Numbered from the stretch's first letter, positions 18,435 to 29,433 are shown. The stretch is DNA of 64,000 nucleotides from Rubripirellula sp. (GCA_965216875.1 OZ244207.1:5888001-5952000); one strand, 5' to 3'. Numbers and translations: made by a program. The notes: a model not told the origin generated them from the letters alone.

Positions 18435-19538
18435 CTACGCACTCAGCGCAGCGTCCGAACGCGCCACATACCAGCTGTTTTGTATGTCGTGCTCCAAGTT
18501 TTGAATCGTCACGTTATTGAACCCTGCTTCGTTGAGCATCCTTTCCGCAAGCTGCTCACCCCAGACCGTTCCCAACCCGGCGCCGTCCTGTGCGAGCGAG
18601 ACTGTCATGCAATGCATCGTGGAGATCATATAGAGGAACGGACAGAGCAGATGTCCGATATTCTCCTCCAACTTCGATGATGCCTTCAAGTCTTGCATCA
18701 GAAAGGTTCCGCCGGGACGCAGCATCGAGTTCACGTTCTTGAGCACGGTGTCGGGCGCGCGTTGGTCATGAATCACGTCGAACGCGGTGATCAGATCAAA
18801 CTTGTCGTCGGATGCCACGGCGATGTCCGCAACTTCGAATCGAATGTTCTTCAAACCAAGCCGATCCGCTTCGCTACGAGCTGATTCGATTGGCGCCTCG
18901 CAGAGATCACGACCGACGAAACGGCTATTTGGAAAACGCTCTGCCAGCGCGCACAGGGCCCGACCGCTTCCACAACCGATGTCTAGAACATCGATTCCCT
19001 CTTCGAGCTTCTCTTGGGCATCGGGGACCAGCGGCAAGATTTGTGTGAAGAGCCCCTCGACAACAGTCCCCATCGACTCTTCTGCCATGACCGTATGAAA
19101 CCGCGAAAAGGCTTCGTAGGGTACACCGCCGCCGTTGTGAAAACAGTCGACGATTTGCGATTCAACTTCGCCCATCATCTGCAGGAACTGGAAGGTTGCC
19201 GCGATGTTCCCGCTGCCCGAAGCTCGCGTCAACAGCGCCGCGTGGTGCTTTGGCAGAAAATAGGTTTCGTTGTCACTGTCGTATGCGACGATTCCGCCCG
19301 TGACCATCGCTCCCAACCACTCGCGCACATAGCGTTCCTGGCACGAAGCCTTTTTCGCCAACGCTTCGCTCGATACCCAATCGTCGATTTCCGCCATCGC
19401 GTCAAACAGACCGGTGCGGTGGCCGAGTGAAACGCCAAACGCCAACGTCGCGCGATTCAAGGTCTCGATCATTTCACCGGCAAACGCTTCAGACGCGGCA
19501 TCGACATTTTCAACGTTGACCTTACAAGCTTGACACAT
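18435..19538 (-). CDS. Class I SAM-dependent methyltransferase with N-terminal winged helix (Rv2258c-like)
   Basis: GHRTGLFD; ERYVREWL; VLDIGCGSG; FDVIHD; LRPGGTFLM; GLGTVWG. Confidence 0.9.
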   Translation of the reverse strand: MCQACKVNVENVDAASEAFAGEMIETLNRATLAFGVSLGHRTGLFDAMAEIDDWVSSEALAKKASCQERYVREWLGAMVTGGIVAYDSDNETYFLPKHHAALLTRASGSGNIAATFQFLQMMGEVESQIVDCFHNGGGVPYEAFSRFHTVMAEESMGTVVEGLFTQILPLVPDAQEKLEEGIDVLDIGCGSGRALCALAERFPNSRFVGRDLCEAPIESARSEADRLGLKNIRFEVADIAVASDDKFDLITAFDVIHDQRAPDTVLKNVNSMLRPGGTFLMQDLKASSKLEENIGHLLCPFLYMISTMHCMTVSLAQDGAGLGTVWGEQLAERMLNEAGFNNVTIQNLEHDIQNSWYVARSDAALSA

Positions 19539-19684
19539 TTCCTGGGCTCCGTCGGTTAAAGGCTTTTTCGATGCGAGCAGTGTACCGGAAAGCGATCGAA
19601 ATTCGCATCTTTGCCAGCTTGCTTTTCGTTGGCTGCTTCGTTTCGTCTAAAATCCGACCCTGCCGCCAACAAGGAAACACGTTC

Positions 19685-20419
19685 ATGCTGACAAGACTTC
19701 TCTCAATCATCACACTCCTCCTGCTGACCTTGCCAGCGTTTTGCGAGGAGCAGGATGCGGATGACACATTCGAGCAGTTCCGCTGCGATATCATGTCGAT
19801 TCAGTTGCCGAGAAGCGAATACTCGACCGCCTACTTCTTTGAAAACTATGCCGTCGAGTTCAAATCGGCAAATCAAAAAGAGATTGTCGCGTTTTACGAC
19901 CTCGACAAACACACATTCACTCGAGTCGACCCCACCGCCACCTTGACGCTCGAAGAATGCGAAGAGTGGAAAAAGCAAGCGACCAAGGTCTACCTATCCC
20001 AGGTCGACGAAGAACGTCGACCCGAGTGGGCGCGATACTACAAACGCACGCTCCACCCCGAATACGAAGTATCCAAGGAAAAGGCAGGACTCACGATCAA
20101 AGGCGAGATCCGCCGGTTTCAGATTGAGGGCCAACTCGAGTTGAGTGACAAGCAAATCGAACGCTTTCTCGCCTTCCACGAACTACGCGCCTACCACCGA
20201 AGAATGACGGAGCGGATGATTCCGCCCGCGCCGATGCTCGAAGTCAACAAGGCACTCAAAGAGCACAGCTTCGTCCCTGAACTGATTCAAGTCACAGTCA
20301 AACATGGGGAAGGCAACCAGTCGCAAGAACGGACGGCGTTTCGAATCTACAAAGCAAGTGATCAAGAGATTTCCCAAGCACGAAAAGCAATGCTCGCCGT
20401 CCCGCCCGAAGAGGATTGA
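19685..20419 (+). CDS. Hypothetical secreted protein
   Basis: AAGGA SD and signal-peptide-like MLTRLLSIITLLLLTLPAFC. Confidence 0.7.
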   Translation: MLTRLLSIITLLLLTLPAFCEEQDADDTFEQFRCDIMSIQLPRSEYSTAYFFENYAVEFKSANQKEIVAFYDLDKHTFTRVDPTATLTLEECEEWKKQATKVYLSQVDEERRPEWARYYKRTLHPEYEVSKEKAGLTIKGEIRRFQIEGQLELSDKQIERFLAFHELRAYHRRMTERMIPPAPMLEVNKALKEHSFVPELIQVTVKHGEGNQSQERTAFRIYKASDQEISQARKAMLAVPPEED

Positions 20420-20425
20420 TGAGGC

Positions 20426-21835
20426 ATGAACCGAATTGTTTTTTTGGCAGCCTGTTTCTTGGCAATCATGGCTCCGCCTTCGCGAGCAGACGAAAGCCGC
20501 TTGAGCATCGTGCTTTTTCTGATCGATGACCTTGGCTGGATGGATTTGGGTTGCCAGGGAAGCACCTATTACAAAACACCCAATATCGACCGACTCGCAG
20601 CGGAAGGCGTCCGCTTTACTGATGCCTATGCTGCGTGTGCCGTTTGCTCTCCCACCCGCGCCTCGATTCTCACCGGCAAGTACCCGGCTCGCCTGTTGCT
20701 GACCGATTGGTTGCCCTCCGGTCGGTGGGATCCGAAAGCCAAACTGATCGAAGGCCGAAAGATCCGAGGGCTGCCGGTCGAAGAAATCACTCTCGCCGAA
20801 GTGCTCCGCGAGCATGGTTATCAAACGGTCCATCTTGGCAAGTGGCACTTAGGAAGCGAACCGTTTTGTTTGCCCGAGCATCATGGGTTCGACATCAACA
20901 TCGGTGGAAACGCTCACGGTGCGCCCGGTCAGTATTTTTTTCCGTACCAAGGCAACTGGTCCATTCCGACGACATCTCACCGCGCGAAGTGGAACGTCTT
21001 TCGCGATGGAACAAAGGGCGAATACCTCACGGACCGACTCACCGACGAAGCCGTGAAGGTGATCCGAGCATCGGGTGACAAACCCTTCCTGCTCTACTTT
21101 CCCCACTACGGTGTGCATTCTCCTCTTCAAGCACCAAAAGACCTCATCAAGAAATACGAGCGAATCCCCGAGGCAGAACGTCAGGGCAAGCCGGTTTACG
21201 CCGCAATGGTCGAGAGCATCGACAATAGTGTTGGACGCGTCGTGGATGCATTGCGCGAAGCAGGCAAACACAACAACACTGTGATCATTTTCACGTCCGA
21301 CAATGGTGGCTTCTTCAAGGCTACCAACAACGCTCCATTGCGGGCGAACAAGGGAGCCTACTACGAAGGCGGGATCCGCGTTCCACTGATCATTCGCTGG
21401 CCAGGGGTCTCAAAACCAGGGCGAGTGATTGACGAACCGGTCATCAGCAACGATCTGTATCCAACCTGTTTATCGGCCGCTGGTGTTGCGTCGATGCCCA
21501 ACCAACACCTCGATGGTGTCGACTTGAAACCATTGCTTTCAGACGCGGAAACACTTTCCCGGGAATCACTTTTTTGGCATTTCCCGCATTACAACAATCA
21601 TCCCTCCAGCTACCCGTCGAGTGTGATTCGCAAGGGCGATTGGAAGCTGATCGAATCATTCGACCCCGCCAAAATCGAGCTTTACCACTTGAAAGTCGAC
21701 ATAGGGGAAACGACCAATCTTGCCGAAACCGATCCAGCGCGCCGAGATGCTCTTCTCGACGAGCTCAACGCCTGGAAAGCCACCGTCCGCGCCGAACCGA
21801 TGCGTCCCAATCCTAATCACGCGCCAATGGACTGA
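20426..21835 (+). CDS. Sulfatase
   Basis: DDLGWMD; CSPTRASILTG; GKWHLG; TSDNGG; YEGGIRVP. Confidence 0.95.
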   Translation: MNRIVFLAACFLAIMAPPSRADESRLSIVLFLIDDLGWMDLGCQGSTYYKTPNIDRLAAEGVRFTDAYAACAVCSPTRASILTGKYPARLLLTDWLPSGRWDPKAKLIEGRKIRGLPVEEITLAEVLREHGYQTVHLGKWHLGSEPFCLPEHHGFDINIGGNAHGAPGQYFFPYQGNWSIPTTSHRAKWNVFRDGTKGEYLTDRLTDEAVKVIRASGDKPFLLYFPHYGVHSPLQAPKDLIKKYERIPEAERQGKPVYAAMVESIDNSVGRVVDALREAGKHNNTVIIFTSDNGGFFKATNNAPLRANKGAYYEGGIRVPLIIRWPGVSKPGRVIDEPVISNDLYPTCLSAAGVASMPNQHLDGVDLKPLLSDAETLSRESLFWHFPHYNNHPSSYPSSVIRKGDWKLIESFDPAKIELYHLKVDIGETTNLAETDPARRDALLDELNAWKATVRAEPMRPNPNHAPMD

Positions 21836-21942
21836 GTTGCAGCGGCCTCCACATCCAGATTCTCGTAGTGGACGAGGCCACGAGTCCCCCTGTCAATCCT
21901 CGCCTACTAACAAGAAACGAGGGTTCGCAACAATCGGAGCGG

Positions 21943-22566
21943 CTATGGCAGTTCAAGAATAGCGATGTCTTTGAACTCAACGTGCATGTCAGTTCCCCCA
22001 TGCAGCTGCAACGCGATGTGCCCATTCTTCAAACAAGCTTTGTCGCCGATCAATTCCGTCACCATCACGCCATTGATCGAGACCGTGATGTCATCTTTGA
22101 TCGCTGTGACTGTCATATCGATCCAATCGTCACGGGAAACGATTTGTTCAATGAGTTGAGGATCCGGCTTCCTCACCCAGCCTCGCAACGACGTTTCGTA
22201 GAGACCGCCGACGGCAGTGCTGGCATCAACTTCTGCTTGAAACCCCTTTACGGCGACGTTCGTGGTGGTCTTTTGAGCTCGAAAGTAGAGTCCCGAGTTA
22301 CCTTGATGAACGCGAAACTTGACGCGAAGTACAAAGTTGCCAAATTGCTCGTCTGTCACAAGCAGTCCGTGCCGTGGCTCTGACTTCGGACTCGTTCCGA
22401 CAATCACCCCGTCGACCACCTCCCACTTGCCGCCTGGCTGAGTGTGCCAGCCTGTTAAGTCTTGGCCGTTGAAGAGCGGCTTCCATGTTTGAGCGGTCGC
22501 GTTTTTTGAAAACGCCGCGACGGCAAAAAGGAAGGTCAAGGAGGGCACAACCAATCGAAACATCAT
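21943..22566 (-). CDS. DUF1080 / 3-keto-disaccharide hydrolase family protein
   Basis: LFNGQDLTGW; WEVVDG; GNSGLYFR; GHIALQLH; VEFKDI. Confidence 0.9.
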   Translation of the reverse strand: MMFRLVVPSLTFLFAVAAFSKNATAQTWKPLFNGQDLTGWHTQPGGKWEVVDGVIVGTSPKSEPRHGLLVTDEQFGNFVLRVKFRVHQGNSGLYFRAQKTTTNVAVKGFQAEVDASTAVGGLYETSLRGWVRKPDPQLIEQIVSRDDWIDMTVTAIKDDITVSINGVMVTELIGDKACLKNGHIALQLHGGTDMHVEFKDIAILELP

Positions 22567-22578
22567 TTCTCTTCGCAA

Positions 22579-23175
22579 CTAGTTTGAGGCGATAAAGTTC
22601 GCGGCCAAGTGTTCGCGGAATCGAGTGAAGTCACTCTCGATCTGCGGATTCTTCATGACGTCATAACACGCAAACGTCTCCAACGGCTGCATGTCAAAGA
22701 ACCGAAAATTCAAATGCATCGGCCAAAACAATTCATCAGCTGACTTGCCCTCAAAGAACGTCTGTGACACATCATTGAACGAGTTGCCCGGCGCGTTGAA
22801 GGTCAGCGAAAGCATGTAGCGTTTACCACTGAGTGTGCCTCCTGTTCCGTATTGCTTGGTTGGATCGGACCTTGTTCTGCCGTCGCCGTCACAAAGACGC
22901 CCGTCCATGCCAAAGGAATAGACATGGTCCATGTATTTCTTGAAGCTCCACGGAACGCCCATCCAGTTCACTGGAGTTTGAAGGAGAATGGCGTCAGCCC
23001 ACCGATGCTTTTCGATTTCTGCATCGACTTGCCAGTCATCTTTCATCGTTGTCAGCTGAGTTTCGCACCCCGCAGCCGCAAAGTGCTCGAGAGCAATATC
23101 AACCATCGATTGGTTGAGCTGCCCTTTTGAAAACTCGTATTCCTGATGAGCGTTGATAACGAATATCTTTTTCAT
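22579..23175 (-). CDS. NAD(P)H dehydrogenase (quinone), flavodoxin-2 / MdaB-like
   Basis: [56 protein letters not shown]. Confidence 0.88.
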   Translation of the reverse strand: MKKIFVINAHQEYEFSKGQLNQSMVDIALEHFAAAGCETQLTTMKDDWQVDAEIEKHRWADAILLQTPVNWMGVPWSFKKYMDHVYSFGMDGRLCDGDGRTRSDPTKQYGTGGTLSGKRYMLSLTFNAPGNSFNDVSQTFFEGKSADELFWPMHLNFRFFDMQPLETFACYDVMKNPQIESDFTRFREHLAANFIASN

Positions 23176-23323
23176 GAGTCTTTTGGCTCTGGACGTTCGG
23201 ATTTTGGAACTTGGTGCAGGAGTTTTCGGCAACAAACGAGCTTATCGCAATCACCATGGCAGTTGGTAGTACCGACCTTTCTTCGGGATCAATACAGATA
23301 CCGCCGGAAGGCAGTGCCGGAAC

Positions 23324-25945
23324 TCACTCCTCGATCAATCTCTTGTACACCTTAAGAGCGTGTCCATAGGCTTCGCGAGCATCGTTTTGCTCAGCCTCTG
23401 CGTACGTGTTTTGCTTTGTTTTCCAACATTGCTCGACGCCCGCCAAACACCACCTCGCACTGTCAACCGAGCCTCGCACCGGTTCGTCCCCGACAACGAT
23501 GAAGATCGGATTGGTGTGCGAATGAGGGAACACCCGAATGGCTGCCCAACTGCTCTTTCGGAACTCATGTTTGAATCTCAGTTTTTGCCGCTCACCGTTC
23601 GCCTTGATCGCTTGGCTCGCGACCGGATATCCGTTGACGACCAACTCGGCTTCGACGCTGTCTTTGCCTTGAACCAATCCGGCCGCCTCGACTTCAAGCG
23701 TCACCGCTTCGGCTTCTGAGAGCTTTAGCTCACTTCCATCGACACCGACTTGCACTGGCTCACTCGTCGATGTGGTCGCCGAGAAATCAAGCAGGTGGCA
23801 GAAACCGTCGCTGAGATAGCTGCGACCGTCAGCAATCGCTTGAACCCATTTTTCGAAGGTCAGCTTTCCGTCAACCTTTGCGTAGACTCGGCCGATCCCA
23901 ACGCGCTCGCCACTCATGCATGGAAAGTCGGTCTCGCCGCTTGCCGCCACTCGGAAACCGCAATTCAAGACGTGGTACCACATGTTCCATTCCGCCACGC
24001 GTGGTGTGTTCATCGTGGAGATAAAGTCGACGGCGGGCACGGGACTGCCGTCCGGGCCGGGGACTTCGTGCGTGACGTCGACAATGAACTCGTTGGCACC
24101 AATTCCGTCAAACGCAGGAATGTTGAAATTCGGTAACCCATTGGGACCATCTTTTCCATCCGTGTTGGGGACACGGCCAACAAAAGCGGTAAGCCCGGCC
24201 GCCGAGTGAGCTGGTCCACAGACGGCCCCCTGACGCTTTGCCCAACGAAGCGTATTGAGCCCGAGCGTTGGCCAATGATCTTTTGATTCGCCACCCGGAT
24301 AGATCTGCTGCTTGAGATTCAACAAGTTCAAGTGCCCTGACATGTGCGATCCGAAACCGGAGACTTCGACGTCGTATCGCAGTGTGTAGGGATAGCGTGA
24401 TTGTTCAGCAACCTCGCCACTGAAGAATCGCTTTTGATAATCGAAACAGGGCCCCCAAGTCAGACAACATCCCACCTTAAGGTCTTCGCCCATGATGTGG
24501 CGAATCATGTCTTGCGGTTTTACGCCTTGCGTTGGATTGTCGTAGTGCAGACACCCGGCCGCGTGGATGTGATGATCGCCAGACCACCATCCGGACAAAG
24601 CGGGATCGACCCATCGTTTCACTCGATACATCAATTCGGTCGGCTGGGTACCTACCGTCAACTGCTTGGTTTCCGGAATCGACTCAGGGCCGCGTGAACA
24701 AGTGATCGAGTACTGTCCTGGAGGCAGTGAAATCGTCTCACCATCACCTCGATAGATATGGCGTTGAAAGAAAAAATCGGGCGCCAGACGCTTTGACTGG
24801 GCAGGGTAGATCCTGCCTCCGCTGTCCCGAACCTCGAACTTCGCAAATGCCGGCAAGCCTTCGTCCTCGACACGCAACGTCACGGACGTTGCCGCGTTGC
24901 AATCAAAGTCGATGGGAAGTGGTGCCCAATTCTTACTCCGCTGAGCCGAATACAAGTCAATCCAATCGATTCGCATCTGCCCAGGTTTGATAAGAGGGTC
25001 GATCCGAATTCCCGCCAACTCTCCATCAACATGAAAGGGAATCTCATAGAGCTGTTCCTTATTCGGCTCCAAGATGAAATTCGTTTGTCGGTCGCCGGTT
25101 GCATTCGGAATGTCTTTCGTCCACCAGAACACTTGTCCGATTCCGGCCACTGGTGTCTTGGCCCAGAACCTGAGCATCATCGGTCCACCGCGCGACTCGA
25201 CCACCGCTCCCATGAACGGATCTTCTCCCGTCGATTCGACCTGTAGCGAGCCGTTACTCGCCTTGATCGAAATCTGATTCATTTCATTCCACCCGTCCGT
25301 ATCCTTGTCGAATCGCCATTCGCGTATCAGATCACGATCACCGTGGGGATCCCCGCTGACGTTGAACTCAAGCGTCGCCGACTTTTGCCCTTCATCGCGG
25401 CTGTAGATCTGAACGATGCGATATTCAAGTGCGAGCCCGCTGAGGTTCGCCCGCATCGGCTGGCCTTCAAATGACGAGATCTGCATCCACCGTGACGCCA
25501 CTTCATCGAGCGGTGCCTGCGGCAGCGGGCGAGCATTTGGGCTTTCAATAAACAATCGCCCGGTGCGCTGGTGTCGATTGATCACTTTGACAAGAAACGT
25601 GCGCCAACCCTGCTCCAACAACTCGGGCCTGGCGGCCGCTTGCGTGACTTTCGGCGGCCCCGATTCTTGAACGTCAACAACCGCGAGACAGAGCGGATCG
25701 AAAATTCGCTGCACCGCGTCGGTAACACGCTCAGCCGAATCGAGTTGTTTTGCTTGCTCGAGTTGAACAAGTGCATCCTCGTTCAATGGCCTGCCAACCA
25801 CATCGAGCGCTTCGGACAACCGATGAACCTGTGCCAGGAGCGGTTGTGCGGGCACATCCAAATCAACCACTCGTTCATCAGCCGGACATCGAGGGGCAAT
25901 GACAACCGTCAGCCACGCAATGCAGATTGAGATGCGTTTCATCAT
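23324..25945 (-). CDS. CehA/McbA family (PHP-like) metallohydrolase, secreted
   Basis: Signal peptide; WWSGDHHIH; SGETDFPC; GRVYAK; GRSYLSDG; HSHTNPIF. Confidence 0.8.
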   Translation of the reverse strand: MMKRISICIAWLTVVIAPRCPADERVVDLDVPAQPLLAQVHRLSEALDVVGRPLNEDALVQLEQAKQLDSAERVTDAVQRIFDPLCLAVVDVQESGPPKVTQAAARPELLEQGWRTFLVKVINRHQRTGRLFIESPNARPLPQAPLDEVASRWMQISSFEGQPMRANLSGLALEYRIVQIYSRDEGQKSATLEFNVSGDPHGDRDLIREWRFDKDTDGWNEMNQISIKASNGSLQVESTGEDPFMGAVVESRGGPMMLRFWAKTPVAGIGQVFWWTKDIPNATGDRQTNFILEPNKEQLYEIPFHVDGELAGIRIDPLIKPGQMRIDWIDLYSAQRSKNWAPLPIDFDCNAATSVTLRVEDEGLPAFAKFEVRDSGGRIYPAQSKRLAPDFFFQRHIYRGDGETISLPPGQYSITCSRGPESIPETKQLTVGTQPTELMYRVKRWVDPALSGWWSGDHHIHAAGCLHYDNPTQGVKPQDMIRHIMGEDLKVGCCLTWGPCFDYQKRFFSGEVAEQSRYPYTLRYDVEVSGFGSHMSGHLNLLNLKQQIYPGGESKDHWPTLGLNTLRWAKRQGAVCGPAHSAAGLTAFVGRVPNTDGKDGPNGLPNFNIPAFDGIGANEFIVDVTHEVPGPDGSPVPAVDFISTMNTPRVAEWNMWYHVLNCGFRVAASGETDFPCMSGERVGIGRVYAKVDGKLTFEKWVQAIADGRSYLSDGFCHLLDFSATTSTSEPVQVGVDGSELKLSEAEAVTLEVEAAGLVQGKDSVEAELVVNGYPVASQAIKANGERQKLRFKHEFRKSSWAAIRVFPHSHTNPIFIVVGDEPVRGSVDSARWCLAGVEQCWKTKQNTYAEAEQNDAREAYGHALKVYKRLIEE

Positions 25946-25952
25946 GTATTCC

Positions 25953-28034
25953 TTAGCGAGCGTCGACGTCGGGGCTTGTTGACGCCTCGAGTAGTACATC
26001 GGTCGTTGCGCGAAAACCGAGATCTTGAGTCCCCTGTCCAGCGTCTCCCACGATGCGAACTTCTCTTAGCCCAGCAAACTGCGGAGTGACGCACATCACT
26101 TTGAATTCGGACGTCGCGCCGGAAAAGTACGGCGAGGTAAAGGAGCCGTCGACAACTTCGATCGAGCACCAGCTCGCAGTACCCGGAGGACTGGTGGAGA
26201 CATCGATCGCCGTCAAGTTTAGCGGCGCCGTGATTCCAGCTGCATTGTCGACCCTGATCAACCAATACTGTGGCCGGCGCTGTTCGAGCTTGAGCTTCGG
26301 TTGAAGACTGCGGACTTTCACGCGTGACTCGGGGTTGATCGATACTTCCAAAGCGACCAATGGTGCCAACGCCTCGTCCAATTCACGCCGCGAGGTGGCG
26401 TTGCCCAGGTTGTTTAACACGGCTTGGGTCGTTTCGGATTTGTTGAAGCGAAGCAACGCGTTGCGCAAACGACTGCGTGACTGCTGCCACGTTTCATCGC
26501 GAGCGAACGTGTGGTCGGCATTCGCGTCTCTGTGTCGTTTTTGCCAAAACTCGCGTGCCTGGTGGTGCCAACGCAAAACGGATGCACGCGCCGTCAAGTC
26601 CGGAACGTTTCGAATCACGCGTTCGATTCGTTCGTCGATCCAATCCAAAAAGAACTGCGCCGACTTGCGACTGACCCAAGGACTTCCGTCGGGTCGCGGG
26701 ACATACCAGGGTGCAGTGGATGCAAACCGAAAAGTATGATCCACGTCGGCGACGGCTCGCACCAGAAACCATCCGGGTTCGGGCAGCATCACGGTCGTTC
26801 GAATCGTTTGATGCGGCTCCTGCGAACATGGCACACGCTTGATGACATTCCCGTTGTGGATGACTTCAATCTGCGACACCGGGTCGTTGGAATCAAGTTC
26901 GACTTCCAACGCGACTTCCTTTCCGATCTCGAATGGAATCCCCGCTCCGGGCAACTGCCCATTCGACTTGACTCGTACTAGCGGGCCATTGGTCACAAAG
27001 CATCGCCCTTCCTTTAGCGCGCTGAACCAGCTTTGACACGTCAATGGCATCTCGCTCAAGTGAACGTAAACACGGTTGTAGCCGACAGGGTTTGGAAGAA
27101 CGCCCGATGCGCTGCCGGCTGAGGGCGGGATCCGGATTCCGCAGTTGAGGATGTGATAGTAGATCTGTTGCGTCCAAAGACCATTGCCATGCGGGCCGGG
27201 ATACTGCTGGAGGTCGCGAGCGCGCCCCCATGCTTCGTTACCCAAGACGCCGCCGCGATGCATGTGGTTGTGTGCAATCCCAATCGAGTCGGGTTCGGCG
27301 ATCGCAATCCAAAGCGGCACATCCCACCAAAACGGCTTTTCAATATCGATCCAAACGTTTGGATTCTGCTGTCGCGCCTGTGCGACAAACACCATCGGCG
27401 AAGGAAACTCGCGCGACTTCACCGTGAGGTCCAGGGCCCTGCTGAGACCAAAGTACAACAACGCGCCACCTTCGCGTTCGTCTTCGCCGGCGCCAATGCT
27501 GTAGACGCGACCATCTCCCATCGAGAAGTCCGTTTTCGACAACGATCGAGCATTCGGAGCCGGTTGATTCCACCATCCAATCACAGGAGCAAAATCGAGG
27601 TCCTCGGCCGACATCAGCAGTTCGACATCCGAAACTGGTCGATGCACATGCAGATCACCGCTGTACCAACCCGATTCGCGCATTGAAGTCAGACGAGAGA
27701 GTTGAGAGACAACTTTGGTCGTCTTACCGCGTTCCGCTGTCACACTGCCCGACAATCGACCGAACTCAGGCCCGCGTTCAATTTCCCACGTGTATTCTCC
27801 TGGTAGCAAATCGATCGAGGCTTTTCCAGGACAGACGAAGTGATCCTTCCAAGTCGGCAAGTTCGGTGGCTTGTGGGACGATCCCGCGGCATCACGAAGA
27901 TGAATCCGGCATGGAACCTGTTTGCCGCCGGAGTCCGTCACCTGAAACTCCAAGCGGGTGGTTTCCTGCGCCACGCAGACAGCCGCGTTCAGAAACAACA
28001 GAACTGGCAAAGCGATCACAAACGCGGATTTCAC
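25953..28034 (-). CDS. CehA/McbA family (PHP-like) metallohydrolase, secreted
   Basis: GWYSGDLHVHR; SAGSASGV; GYNRVYV; GRCFVTNGP; FASTAPWY. Confidence 0.8.
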   Translation of the reverse strand: MKSAFVIALPVLLFLNAAVCVAQETTRLEFQVTDSGGKQVPCRIHLRDAAGSSHKPPNLPTWKDHFVCPGKASIDLLPGEYTWEIERGPEFGRLSGSVTAERGKTTKVVSQLSRLTSMRESGWYSGDLHVHRPVSDVELLMSAEDLDFAPVIGWWNQPAPNARSLSKTDFSMGDGRVYSIGAGEDEREGGALLYFGLSRALDLTVKSREFPSPMVFVAQARQQNPNVWIDIEKPFWWDVPLWIAIAEPDSIGIAHNHMHRGGVLGNEAWGRARDLQQYPGPHGNGLWTQQIYYHILNCGIRIPPSAGSASGVLPNPVGYNRVYVHLSEMPLTCQSWFSALKEGRCFVTNGPLVRVKSNGQLPGAGIPFEIGKEVALEVELDSNDPVSQIEVIHNGNVIKRVPCSQEPHQTIRTTVMLPEPGWFLVRAVADVDHTFRFASTAPWYVPRPDGSPWVSRKSAQFFLDWIDERIERVIRNVPDLTARASVLRWHHQAREFWQKRHRDANADHTFARDETWQQSRSRLRNALLRFNKSETTQAVLNNLGNATSRRELDEALAPLVALEVSINPESRVKVRSLQPKLKLEQRRPQYWLIRVDNAAGITAPLNLTAIDVSTSPPGTASWCSIEVVDGSFTSPYFSGATSEFKVMCVTPQFAGLREVRIVGDAGQGTQDLGFRATTDVLLEASTSPDVDAR

Positions 28035-28311
28035 AAGCGTCCTCTTCGTAGGAACCTCCCGGCAATCGGATATTGTTGTTGGTCGCCGATTGCGATGGTA
28101 GTTCTTTTTGCAGCGTTCGGGGTAAACGCCGGCAGCGCAACAAAAAGCGAACGGGACTATTTCCCGTTCGCTTCATCCTGCGCTACGGCTCGGTCTAGGG
28201 CAAGCAACCATGCGAGCGTGACGCCAACGGCCGCAATGCGAACGAACTGCTTGAGCCCTGCCGCAGCCGCTAACACCAACCCGCAGCGTGCACCATGGCT
28301 GTACCCATTGA

Positions 28312-29433
28312 TCACGCCAGGATAGCTGCGTCAGCTTCCGGCTGACTGCGATGCGGATTCGATCCAGAGTAGTACAACGTTGCTCCGACTCCGCCGAACT
28401 CGTGCAGCTTTTCGGCAGCCTTGCCGTACACAAACTCGATCTCCGCGCCCGTTCGAGTGGCTTGGACAATGAGCGAATCGAATTCGCTCGCATCCATCGG
28501 ATAGGGCACGACCACCGTCTTTGCCAAACCTTTGGATAGAGCGGTTTGAACACCTTGGTACTCGACGACGGCCGAACCGTCGCGGTTGTACGCTGCAACC
28601 AGATCGTCGACCACACCTAGGTCATGCTCCAATTCGAAGCGATCGGAAATGCCTCGCACCGTTTCGGCAACGTCATTCTCGGACGTCGTGAAATCGATGC
28701 GTTCAACGGCGACCAAATTCGTTCGGACGAGTGGATGCAACGCATTCTTGATCGCGTGCGCCGACTTGAGATTTCCACCAAGGACCAATCGCTCGACGTC
28801 GGGATCGGACAAGAAGTAGCGATTGAGTTCGGTCGCCACCTCTTTCGTGAACTTCCGCTCGTATTCTTCGGCGCGACTCACATGTTTGTGCGTGTGCCCG
28901 CTTCGTCCGAAGCGACCTGCCAAATCATGATTGGTCTTTAGCACAAGTTCCTCAGTGGCCCGAGCGACAAAGACCTCAATCACCCGTACGTCCGATCCTG
29001 AGGTCAGGACGACGAGGTACTTTTTGTATTGATCGAGATTGAACAGCATCTCTTTCAACTGGGGCAGTCCATAGTAGAGCCTCGTTTTGGTGGGCAACGG
29101 CATGTCAACGGCAACAACTTCGTTGTGATCCGTAAAGAGAACGGCCGAGCGGCCCGAGACGGGATGTTGACTGAGATAGTCGGCGACCATGTCTTCGGTG
29201 TTGGCCCACTTGTTCTGTGCGGCGCGCCGCTTGAGCTTTTCCTGGTCCAACTCTTCTTCGAGTTCCTTCGCCGCGTTCTTCAGCTCAATCAGCCAAGCCG
29301 GGCGATCCTTGCGGTTATCGGGATCCGTTGGATCCAGATTCACATAGGCGGTCAGGACGGGCCGGTTCTCAGAATCGTCCGAACGTACAAAGTCTCGAAA
29401 CCGCTGGAGTACATCGTTGATTCGCGTTTTCAT
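28312..29433 (-). CDS. Bacterial archaeo-eukaryotic release factor (baeRF)-like protein
   Basis: eRF1-like three-part layout: N-terminal VLTAYVNLDPT; middle YLVVL...RLVLGG; C-terminal GAEIEFV...GGVGATLYY. No GGQ motif. Confidence 0.65.
   Translation of the reverse strand: MKTRINDVLQRFRDFVRSDDSENRPVLTAYVNLDPTDPDNRKDRPAWLIELKNAAKELEEELDQEKLKRRAAQNKWANTEDMVADYLSQHPVSGRSAVLFTDHNEVVAVDMPLPTKTRLYYGLPQLKEMLFNLDQYKKYLVVLTSGSDVRVIEVFVARATEELVLKTNHDLAGRFGRSGHTHKHVSRAEEYERKFTKEVATELNRYFLSDPDVERLVLGGNLKSAHAIKNALHPLVRTNLVAVERIDFTTSENDVAETVRGISDRFELEHDLGVVDDLVAAYNRDGSAVVEYQGVQTALSKGLAKTVVVPYPMDASEFDSLIVQATRTGAEIEFVYGKAAEKLHEFGGVGATLYYSGSNPHRSQPEADAAILA

Noticed and set aside
18435..19538. Methyltransferase as the missing PKS tailoring enzyme
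   Set aside because: It is separated from the PKS pair by two unrelated genes and looks like the stand-alone Rv2258c-like type. The sequence gives no support for linkage.
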